Shown here one piece after another: positions 1 through 7,440 of a DNA stretch of 64,000 bases; within the stretch, counting starts at the first letter, position 1, and every line of letters begins with the position of its first letter. The stretch covers positions 57,485-121,484 of the forward strand of contig SVJD01000001.1 of assembly GCA_015069165.1 (NCBI GenBank), given 5' to 3'. Made by a program: the position numbers and the translations under genes. The DNA comes from Oscillospiraceae bacterium. Lineage in GTDB: Bacteria > Bacillota > Clostridia > UBA1212 > UBA1255. The notes under the pieces are model-generated. The model worked only from the letters and a program-made list of their open reading frames with translations. It was not told the DNA's origin and ran no database searches.

Positions 1-62
1 TTTTCCTCCCGGATATCTTAACGGAGAATAATTCATTTCTAAAACTCCCTTTTTCATCTTCA

Positions 63-977
63 TCATTCCCACAAAACTGTATCAACCACAAAACTTGTTT
101 TATATTCAGTATTGCATGCATCATAAAGAACTACTTCAACCTTCAGTTCCTGGTGCATGTTCGTTCTCTCCCGGATCACTTCACAAAAGCTATCACTTAC
201 CTTGAGGAAGAGTGTTTTTTCGGCCTGACTTTTAGCTGGCAACATAAACGGCGACTTTTCAATCAAAGTAGGAGCTTGTCTGAATTGCGTTTTGTTATCA
301 TCAATATACAGAACGGAGCTTCCTATTTTGCTATCTGAATACATCCATTTAACTGTGACCTTACTAAATACAAAAGAGTTGTCCGTATTATTCACGAAAC
401 TGATAGGAATACGTGCAAACACCTGCTTCACTCGGGATATGTCCACAATACCAATTTCAATTTTATTATTCAAAGACAAGATATCCACATAGAATCTCGT
501 TTTGTAAATTTCCTCGATATCACTTCTAAGTGCACGGAAATTATTCGCGCTCTTTCTAATGTATATATCACCTGCATGAAGACATATTTTATCTTTAAAA
601 GAATAATCTTTTGCTACAACGTATGGCTTTTGAATATTCGAACTTTTTACAATCGCCGCACCGACTCTTTTAGTTTCAATATCAAATTGCTCAATATCTA
701 TTTCGATAAACGGATCGCAATAGGTGCGAATTAATTGGTTGAGGTCTGAAATATCCGGAATGTCTTTTTCTGTTATACCAACAATCTCACGAGTGACATC
801 ACTTACTCCAAAAATAATATACTTGTCTTCCCGCGATGAGGCATTAGCAAAACTAATGATGTCTTTTATAAATTCACTTTTTTTGGCTTCGTGGTAATAC
901 TGCTGCTTAAAATCAACGGTATCGCTCTCAATACCATTTTCAATAAGCTTCGCAATTCTTTTCTGTCTTTGATTCAT
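63..977 (-). CDS. AlbA_2 / Schlafen-core (divergent AAA) domain protein
   Basis: The N-terminus reads ESDTVDFKQQ...FIKDIISFANASSREDKYIIFGVSD, which fits the PF04326 AlbA_2 pattern (E..EFK...IaAFAN..GG.L.iGV.D). It is the last gene of a 4-gene co-directional operon, and its first 12 codons overlap the upstream NUDIX gene. Confidence 0.55.
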   Translation of the reverse strand: MNQRQKRIAKLIENGIESDTVDFKQQYYHEAKKSEFIKDIISFANASSREDKYIIFGVSDVTREIVGITEKDIPDISDLNQLIRTYCDPFIEIDIEQFDIETKRVGAAIVKSSNIQKPYVVAKDYSFKDKICLHAGDIYIRKSANNFRALRSDIEEIYKTRFYVDILSLNNKIEIGIVDISRVKQVFARIPISFVNNTDNSFVFSKVTVKWMYSDSKIGSSVLYIDDNKTQFRQAPTLIEKSPFMLPAKSQAEKTLFLKVSDSFCEVIRERTNMHQELKVEVVLYDACNTEYKTSFVVDTVLWE

Positions 978-1368
978 TAGTTTCTATATCTCCTAATAGT
1001 ACTTTTAAGATTTCCTCATCTGCTGGGCAGAACTCATAGTTCGGTATCTCTCTTGGTGTGATCCATTGAATATCGTTATGTTCCGACATCTGCGGTTCGT
1101 CTTCGACAATGGTGGCATTAAACAATGTTAGATGCACCGTCAAGTCGGGATATTCGTGGACGACGTCCATAAACACGCCGCCGACAGATAGCGTCACGGC
1201 AAGTTCTTCTTGACACTCACGAATAAGCGCCTGTTCTTTTGTTTCTCCCTGCTCAACTTTGCCACCAACAAACTCCCACAGGAGCCCGCGCGCCTTGTGC
1301 GCCGGGCGTTGACAGATCATGAATTTATTGCTCTGCCAAATAAGGGCTGCTACTACTTCGGTTATCAT
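940..1368 (-). CDS. NUDIX hydrolase (MutT-like)
   Basis: A Nudix box is present: GGKVEQGETKEQALIRECQEELAV, matching GX5EX7REUXEEXGU. Its start codon overlaps the stop of the upstream helicase gene by 4 nt (ATGA-type coupling). Confidence 0.75.
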   Translation of the reverse strand: MITEVVAALIWQSNKFMICQRPAHKARGLLWEFVGGKVEQGETKEQALIRECQEELAVTLSVGGVFMDVVHEYPDLTVHLTLFNATIVEDEPQMSEHNDIQWITPREIPNYEFCPADEEILKVLLGDIETNESKTEKNCEAY

Positions 1369-3494
1369 ATTTCCTCAATGCCAATCTTCTTCAAGTATTC
1401 ATAAGTTCCATCGTAGAATTTAGGCAAGCGAGTGCTATCCTCCCAAAATCCACTTGGATTCTTATTGGGATTACCAGCAGGAACACAAATCACCATACCA
1501 GCCCTTGCTCTTGTGAGAAGAACTCGATAAGCATTGAGCATATATTTGATCTGCTCTTGTTTATTCTCAGTATCGGGTATTTTTTCATTCCACGCAGTTT
1601 TACCGTTAAATGTATAATAACGCCATTTTTCGTTATCACATCTCATATCGGCATCCCACAGCACGCAGGTATAATCAAGCTCCAAACCCTGCACCTGAAT
1701 TTCCGTTGCGGCATCTTCAAGATAGTTAGAGGCTCTTGTATCAATTTTGTCTTCAAGGAACCAGTGAACTGCATTCTCATCACCAGAGGGGAGAATGTGT
1801 ATTCCCAACGGTTTGAATCGTGCAGCTTCCTTGGTTACGAGTACGCCTGTACGTTCTGTTCCTCTGACTTTACCATGAAGCCATCTTTTTGCAGTTACCA
1901 TATCTCGTGTTAAGACAATGGGATACCTGTCCTTTATTTCATTGTACAATTCTGCTGCATCAGGATTGAAGGTGAGCAGTGAATGAACAAATGCAGAGAG
2001 TTTTTCGGCTCTGAAGGAGCGTAGAGAAACACCAAGGTGTAAATTTTCCGAATACGTAACGTTTTCGTTTTTCGCCAGCAGTTCGTTAACCTTACCTTCG
2101 GCATATTCCGGCTCTGTAAGCTTTGGAGAAATATATACTTTCCAATGTGGAAATTTGTCATTCAGTGCATTTATCCACTCTGAAATTCCCGCTTCACCGG
2201 TATTGATCTCCTGTCCACCACCTACAAGGCAGACAATAGTTGCCCAGTCCTCTCTCTGATCGAGAGACCATATCAAGAAAGCCGCCTCGGATAATGGAAA
2301 ATTGGGAACCTTCAATTTATTTCCGTATGTACCACCACGTTTTAGATAATCTGCAAGCCTTTTGTGGGTCCACGAGCGCTGCGCCTCGTCAAAAATGGCA
2401 ACGTGCTCCACTTCTCCGTAACCAGATTCTGCGAGTTTCACCGCTTTTTCGGGATCAATTTCCAAAACCCCATTTTCAACAGGATTTTTGATTTTAGCGA
2501 GCATATTATCACGATAGCGGTGGATGATTTGAATAAATTTACCTACCTCTCTGCGAGAATCGGACAGATTTTTCTTTTCGTTTCTATCACGGCATTTTTG
2601 ATGATTATCTTTTGCAAGAGCTTCGGTAAGTACCGCAACCAAAGGACCATTTCCCGAAAGATATACTGCGCCTTCGTCTTCAACAGGAGCGTCATTTCCC
2701 TGATAGGTTTGCTTTACAGCAACATCGAGCCCGACAAGCGTTTTCCCTGCACCGGGGACACCAGTAACGAAGCAAATGCTTTTTTCTCCGTTTGTCTTGC
2801 TTCTTTGTATTACGTCAAGTATGTATTTAATTGTTGTATCAGTTGAAACCTTATCCGCTTCGTGCCTCGTGATATTCTCAACTGAATGACTCTCGTATAA
2901 CGTTTTTGCAGCCTCAACAATAGTCGGCGTGGGTGCATAAGGACTGATAATCCAATCGTTATGAACCGGGAGTTCGCTCGGAAACTTATTCAACACATTT
3001 TCGATCAAAACAGATATCCCTGCTTTTCCGGTAACCAACGGATTTATTACCATGTCGTCATACACCGACATTTGAATAGAGGTGCTGCGATTAGAATAAT
3101 TTGTAGCAACCAAAATGGGAGCGATAACTTTGTCCTCGCTAAATTTGTGGAAGTTTTTCAGATCCAAAGCATAATCCAAAACTTGGTCAATATTAGATTC
3201 GAGAATTTTTGACTCGCCAACCTTAAATTCAAGGCAAAACACAATGCCGCAATAAAGGAGAACAACGTCAATTCTTTTACCGAGTCTCGGTATATCATAT
3301 TCAAAAACTATTTGGCCATTGGCATCACAAAGACTCGAAACCACGTTCTTCATGATTTCAATTTCAGCCTTCCACGCATCTCTTGTCGTGGTTAAAGCTT
3401 CACCGTGATAATTGTCGTCCAATATTCTGTATATAGAATCCGAGTCTGTATCTAAAAATGTTGCGAAATCGCTATTATACAAGCAGCGTGCCAT
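1365..3494 (-). CDS. Mrr-like PD-(D/E)xK nuclease fused to DUF2075 SF1 helicase
   Basis: The N-terminal nuclease motif is ...IDVVLL...CLEFKVG (D-x-n-E-x-K). The central region has Walker A GVPGAGKT and Walker B/DEAQ (IFDEAQ), as in the DUF2075/AAA_30 Schlafen-type helicase. An AAGGAG ribosome-binding site lies 9 nt upstream of the ATG. Confidence 0.65.
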   Translation of the reverse strand: MARCLYNSDFATFLDTDSDSIYRILDDNYHGEALTTTRDAWKAEIEIMKNVVSSLCDANGQIVFEYDIPRLGKRIDVVLLYCGIVFCLEFKVGESKILESNIDQVLDYALDLKNFHKFSEDKVIAPILVATNYSNRSTSIQMSVYDDMVINPLVTGKAGISVLIENVLNKFPSELPVHNDWIISPYAPTPTIVEAAKTLYESHSVENITRHEADKVSTDTTIKYILDVIQRSKTNGEKSICFVTGVPGAGKTLVGLDVAVKQTYQGNDAPVEDEGAVYLSGNGPLVAVLTEALAKDNHQKCRDRNEKKNLSDSRREVGKFIQIIHRYRDNMLAKIKNPVENGVLEIDPEKAVKLAESGYGEVEHVAIFDEAQRSWTHKRLADYLKRGGTYGNKLKVPNFPLSEAAFLIWSLDQREDWATIVCLVGGGQEINTGEAGISEWINALNDKFPHWKVYISPKLTEPEYAEGKVNELLAKNENVTYSENLHLGVSLRSFRAEKLSAFVHSLLTFNPDAAELYNEIKDRYPIVLTRDMVTAKRWLHGKVRGTERTGVLVTKEAARFKPLGIHILPSGDENAVHWFLEDKIDTRASNYLEDAATEIQVQGLELDYTCVLWDADMRCDNEKWRYYTFNGKTAWNEKIPDTENKQEQIKYMLNAYRVLLTRARAGMVICVPAGNPNKNPSGFWEDSTRLPKFYDGTYEYLKKIGIEEI

Positions 3495-3508
3495 AATTTT
3501 TTGCTCCT

Positions 3509-3724
3509 TTACTGATCCTTTTGAGGAACTATTTCAACGATGTCGTCCATAGTACATCCAAGAGCCGAGTAGATCTTCACGAGCACATCGCTTGACACAA
3601 CGGCGCCATCTTTGCCCATCTTGGTGATGGTGGCGATGCTGATGTCGGCTTTTTCGGCGAGTTCTTTCTTTTTCATATCGCGGTCGATCAGAAGTTTAAA
3701 CAATTTCTTATAGCTTGCAGCCAT
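3509..3724 (-). CDS. XRE-family helix-turn-helix transcriptional regulator (72 aa)
   Basis: The HTH_3 domain is MAASYKKLFKLLIDRDMKKKELAEKADISIATITKMGKDG. The six-frame ORF was trimmed to the internal Met, which has a GAGGTG ribosome-binding site 8 nt upstream. A 14-nt gap separates it from the downstream nuclease-helicase gene. Confidence 0.7.
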   Translation of the reverse strand: MAASYKKLFKLLIDRDMKKKELAEKADISIATITKMGKDGAVVSSDVLVKIYSALGCTMDDIVEIVPQKDQ

Positions 3725-3776
3725 TGTATTACACCTCATAAATAGTTTTAGTAAGTATGCTATTTCACCATTTGCC

Positions 3777-3800
3777 ATTATACCACACTCCTCGTCAAAC
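3777..3800 (-). promoter_or_regulatory. Putative extended -10 promoter (TGgTATAAT) for the XRE-nuclease/helicase-NUDIX-AlbA operon
   Basis: The minus strand reads TTTGACGAGGAGTGTGGTATAATGG. It has a TGnTATAAT extended -10 and a short spacer to a TTGACG -35-like hexamer, about 50 nt upstream of the XRE start. Confidence 0.35.
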
Positions 3801-4004
3801 AGCAACAGTTTCCGGCAGAGAAATACTGCGTTTTCAGCATTTGTCGGTTTTTCACCACAAACTGCAGGTGTGCGCATTGCAGAACGCTTTTTCTTTGTTT
3901 ACTGCTGGGCAATTGTTGACTTGAGTGCAGATTTGGCGGGGTGTTTGAATATCTATCTCCGGATTGGCAAAAATAACGTATATCAAACAAGTGGAGGTAG
4001 TGAA

Positions 4005-4666
4005 ATGTTCAAACACGAAAAGATGCTTTTCATCCAGTAGAGGTGGAGAGACCCAACCCGCAGTTTGCGGCGCTTTTGCAGGAACAGTTTGGCGGCGGCA
4101 ACGGCGAGCTGAAGGCGGCGATGCAGTATATGTCCCAGAGCTTTCGAATCAAAGACCCCGAGATCAAGGATCTGTTCCTTGATATTGCGGCGGAGGAGCT
4201 TGGTCACATGGAGATGGTGGCGCAGACCATCAATCTCTTAAACGGTCACGACGTGGACGCAACAACAGTCCCTTGCGGTGAGATCCAATCCCACGTAATT
4301 CTCGGTCTGAATCCGGGACTTATCAACGCTTCGGGTTATTCCTGGACGGCTGATTACGTGACGGTTACGGGTGATCTGTGCGCCGACCTGCTCAGCAACA
4401 TCGCATCCGAACAGCGCGCGAAGGTGGTATATGAATATCTTTACCGCCAGATCGACGACAATAAGGTGCGCGAGACCATTGATTTTCTCTTAAACCGCGA
4501 GGAAGCGCACAATCAAATGTTCCGCGATGCCTTTAACAAGGTGCAGAACTCCAGCTCCAACCGTGATTTCGGTACGACCAAAGCCGCGAAAATGTATTTC
4601 TCCATGTCCGACCCCGGTCCCAACGCATTCGCGACAGGTGATACAAAACCCGTATCTTTCGAATAA
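4005..4666 (+). pseudogene. cotJC: Manganese catalase / CotJC family, interrupted by a 1-nt frameshift near the 5' end
   Basis: ATG 4005, preceded by a GGAGGT ribosome-binding site, encodes MFKHEKMLFIQ*, matching the CotJC N-terminus (MWVYEKKLQYPV). The frame then shifts by -1 in a T4 run (4027-4030). The long ORF from 4043 continues as PVEVERPNPQFAALLQEQFGGGNGELKAAMQYM...EELGHMEMV, with the di-Mn ligand motif. GC is about 60% against a genome average near 40%. Confidence 0.6.
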
Positions 4667-4670
4667 TAGC

Positions 4671-4710
4671 AAAAAGCCGATGAGGATTTTTTCTCATCGG
4701 CTTTTTATCT
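4671..4710. terminator. Bidirectional rho-independent terminator
   Basis: A 14-bp stem AAAAAGCCGATGAG / CTCATCGGCTTTTT with a 9-nt loop is flanked by an A-run and a T-run. It sits between the convergent genes ending at 4666 (+) and 4820 (-). Confidence 0.7.
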
Positions 4711-4819
4711 ATGTATGTCAATTAAGCAACATGGTGTTGCTATTTATTCAGCAGAATTATCACTTCAACGCTATTCGTTTTATAGCAACTATTATAACTA
4801 AATGATAAAATCACATTTA

Positions 4820-5863
4820 TCAATGCGAAATCATCCAATTAACTTGTGTTGGCAATCCCATATGTCTTATATGGTTTTCAAATATTGCTCCTACAGCTTT
4901 TGCCTGATCCAAAAAGGTGTCGCAACTGATTGCTTGACTAGCTAAAAGAGCGCTGATCTGCGTAGGTTCACTTCCATACTGAACCACTTTTGAAGAAGGA
5001 TCTTCACCTTTTTCTACCAAACGATCCAACATACGCTTTCCAGCTTCATTCACCATATCGCTTTTAAGCATATCTTCCAACTGTTTTCGCAGTTCTTCAA
5101 GAGCCATCCATCGCTTGCAAACACTCCAAGCATCTGATTTAACGATTTTTTCCAAATGCCGTTTCATTACACCAACCTTGTGATTTGCATTAAGGTATTG
5201 AACATTATCCGAAAGAGTCAACAGCTCTTGAAATAGTCCATAAAGCTTTGCCCTTTTCCCGTACCACGAAACAACATCTGGTTTGAGAACATTTTCCTTT
5301 GGAATATATATTGTAATACTATCCTGCTCCCGATAATCGTTTGCTCGGTACAACAAAACATTATGCACATAATCATTTAAACATGCATAATAAGCTACTT
5401 GTTCTTTGATATCTACAACAACAAGCAACACCGGTATCGCACTTCCCATACGTTCTACAAGCTTTAGCAGAGGAACGTCCACCACAAATTTTAAAACGGG
5501 AAGTTTCTTTTCTTCTAATTCCTTTTTGGTGTACAACTGTTCTCCAATAGGTTTTATTGTTGCAAATTCAGGATATTCCGTCCCCTTCACCTGAAAGAAA
5601 ACATGTTCTCCCAAAGTAACACAAACCCCATCTTCATGCTCAAACAACTCAAGGTCAATATCTATTCCGTAGTCCGGTTCCATCTTACGTTGTACCCATT
5701 CAATAGGAAGGACCGACTGCAAAAAGAGCAAAGACTTTGCTTCAACAATATGATTGGTATCTCTTATTTTTCCCTCTGCCAAAAAATTACCTGCTTTTCT
5801 AACATGAATCCCAATTCGCTGTTTACACTTTAATATTATATCACAATTTTGCCGAATTTTCAA
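4820..5863 (-). CDS. Hypothetical protein with PD-(D/E)xK-like nuclease motif (DUF4365-like)
   Basis: The motif EPDYGIDIDLELFE...EHVFFQVKG has a D..D..E.K restriction-endonuclease-like core. There is no other recognisable domain. Confidence 0.4.
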   Translation of the reverse strand: MKIRQNCDIILKCKQRIGIHVRKAGNFLAEGKIRDTNHIVEAKSLLFLQSVLPIEWVQRKMEPDYGIDIDLELFEHEDGVCVTLGEHVFFQVKGTEYPEFATIKPIGEQLYTKKELEEKKLPVLKFVVDVPLLKLVERMGSAIPVLLVVVDIKEQVAYYACLNDYVHNVLLYRANDYREQDSITIYIPKENVLKPDVVSWYGKRAKLYGLFQELLTLSDNVQYLNANHKVGVMKRHLEKIVKSDAWSVCKRWMALEELRKQLEDMLKSDMVNEAGKRMLDRLVEKGEDPSSKVVQYGSEPTQISALLASQAISCDTFLDQAKAVGAIFENHIRHMGLPTQVNWMISH

Positions 5864-6000
5864 CTTGAGTTCGCGTGTACAATATTTTCTCGTGTGTACA
5901 ATAGTCTTTTCTCAATCCCTTTTTCTTTGTCTACTGCGGGGCAAAATTTGTTTCGCGAAAGGCCTTGGCTTTTGGTGCGGGCAGAGTTACCATACAGACG

Positions 6001-6046
6001 ACAAAAAACACCTCGGATGCAGCTGCATTCGGGGTGTTTTGTTTGA
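6001..6046. terminator. Orphan bidirectional rho-independent terminator
   Basis: The arms AACACCTCGGATGCAG and CTGCATTCGGGGTGTT form a 14-16-bp stem with two G-U pairs, followed by TTTTGTTTG and preceded by AAAAAA. No annotated CDS ends nearby. Confidence 0.55.
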
Positions 6047-6195
6047 CCACAGTTTATCCCACATCCACGCACGGAGTACACGGAAACAGTGGAGATAAGA
6101 GCGCCGGAAAGGATGTGTTTCCGAGCAGAAAGGGGCGGAAACGGCTAAAAACGAACGGAAACAGGTACTCCGGATTTCTTTGGGAGCAGGATGCC

Positions 6196-6223
6196 GCAGG
6201 TTCAAATCCTGTCATCCCGACCA
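6196..6223 (+). other. tRNA 3'-end fragment: T-arm plus acceptor 3' strand plus CCA, with no matching 5' half
   Basis: The sequence GCAGG-TTCAAAT-CCTGT-CATCCCG-A-CCA mirrors the T-arm and 3' end of the complete tRNA-Leu at 32401-32483 (3 mismatches in 26). No acceptor 5' strand (CGGGATG) or cloverleaf is found upstream. Confidence 0.55.
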
Positions 6224-6376
6224 TATCGAGTGTTCATAACGGATTTGAGTTATGGACACTCGATTTTATTTTATTACGATGAATTGTCGAACAAAAAGTA
6301 ACATTTAATTAGAAAGACATGTTCTTTTCGGTGTGTTATGGATTTTACTGTCAAAATCCGAAGCTCGCTACACTAT

Positions 6377-6405
6377 TTGACTTTAAAAATGATTTTTAAT
6401 ATAAT
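6377..6405 (+). promoter_or_regulatory. Consensus sigma-A promoter: TTGACT, 17-nt spacer, TATAAT
   Basis: TTGACT lies at 6377-6382 and TATAAT at 6400-6405, with an exact 17-nt spacer. A GGGGGA ribosome-binding site sits 8 nt before the ATG at 6446. Confidence 0.6.
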
Positions 6406-6445
6406 GACTCTATTGATCTCACTTCAATAATTTGGGGGATATAAG

Positions 6446-7336
6446 ATGATAACAAATATAGATGTTTTCAATGAAACAATAAAAATTATTAATACAAATG
6501 AATGTTTAAATGTAGAAACAAAAAAAGCAATAAATAATACAGTTATATATGATGAAGGATTTCAATCTATCAAACAACCTGACTGTCAATCTAATGTACG
6601 ATTTGAAGAAAATCTGACACTACTCGCCGCAGAACCGATGGCATTAAATAAAAAAGTTGCCGTTTTAAACTTTGCAAATCCTGTTGAACCTGGTGGAGGG
6701 GTGTTGCGTGGAGCTAACTCACAAGAAGAATATTTATGTCGAGCAAGTAACCTATATCCATGCTTAACTTCAACACAAGCAAAACCATATTACGAACTAC
6801 ATAACAATCTCCTAAAACAAAATAATACCCCCTACTTTCTTTCGACTGATCGTATTATTTATTCAACAAATATTACTGTTATTCGAAAAGATGTAGGATT
6901 TTTTGTAGACAGACCTGATTGTAGAAGCATACAAAGATTTTCAAATAACTGGTACCAAATTGATGTTATTACATGTGCAGCTCCCTATTTTTATAATAAT
7001 ATACCAATATCTGAGGCATTATTGAAAGAACTTCTCAAAAAGCGAATAAAAAACATATTTGAAGTTGCCATTGAAAATGAAATACAAGTTCTTATTCTTG
7101 GCGCCTTTGGATGCGGGGCATTTCATAACCCGCCAATGCTTGTAGCAACCGCGTTTTCTGATGTTTTGCTTGAGAGCCGATATACTAATGCTTTTGAGGA
7201 AGTTATATTTGCAGTAAAAAGAACAGGATTTTTTTGCGAAAATATTGAAGCATTTGAAATCACCTTTTCTGTATTTCCGCCAACAGGCGAATACGTTCTT
7301 AGTGCCGAACGCAACAAGCGTCGCTTTTTTGAGTAA
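6446..7336 (+). CDS. Bacterial-type poly(ADP-ribose) glycohydrolase-like macrodomain protein (DUF2263/TIGR02452)
   Basis: The PARG signature GGG-x6-QEE appears as LNFANPVEPGGGVLRGANSQEEYLCRASNLY. The gene is very AT-rich (about 25% GC). Confidence 0.65.
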   Translation: MITNIDVFNETIKIINTNECLNVETKKAINNTVIYDEGFQSIKQPDCQSNVRFEENLTLLAAEPMALNKKVAVLNFANPVEPGGGVLRGANSQEEYLCRASNLYPCLTSTQAKPYYELHNNLLKQNNTPYFLSTDRIIYSTNITVIRKDVGFFVDRPDCRSIQRFSNNWYQIDVITCAAPYFYNNIPISEALLKELLKKRIKNIFEVAIENEIQVLILGAFGCGAFHNPPMLVATAFSDVLLESRYTNAFEEVIFAVKRTGFFCENIEAFEITFSVFPPTGEYVLSAERNKRRFFE

Positions 7337-7388
7337 TGTTATAGGATTCATTATAATTATAGAATCCGTTATGAACACCCGACCATAA

Positions 7389-7432
7389 AAAATCGGCATG
7401 CCTCTTATGAAGTATGCCGATTTTATTTTTTA
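7389..7432. terminator. Bidirectional terminator between convergent genes
   Basis: A stem AAAATCGGCAT / ATGCCGATTTT is followed by a TTTTATTTTTT run. It lies between the genes ending at 7336 (+) and 7441 (-). Confidence 0.55.
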
Positions 7433-7440
7433 CTTTTAAT

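Noticed and set aside
3725-3877. The N-terminal 51-codon extension of the XRE regulator ORF.
   Set aside because: The HTH domain starts at the internal Met, which has a GAGGTG ribosome-binding site. The extension overlaps the promoter region.
5865-6000. Possible small ORF or sRNA between the DUF4365 gene and the orphan terminator.
   Set aside because: No ribosome-binding site or conserved peptide is recognisable. It is mentioned only as a possible untranslated transcript ended by the terminator at 6001-6046.
6130-6223. I tried to fold a complete tRNA or tmRNA ending at the GGTTCAAATCC...CCA element.
   Set aside because: No 5' acceptor strand (CGGGATG or a wobble variant) and no D or anticodon arm could be found within 90 nt upstream. 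There is no tag-peptide ORF with an ALAA-stop for a tmRNA. It was kept only as a 3' fragment.
7342-7367. A hairpin GGATTC-attataattata-GAATCC right after the PARG stop, considered as a terminator.
   Set aside because: There is no U-tract after it. The downstream hairpin at 7389-7432 has the T-run and is the better terminator.
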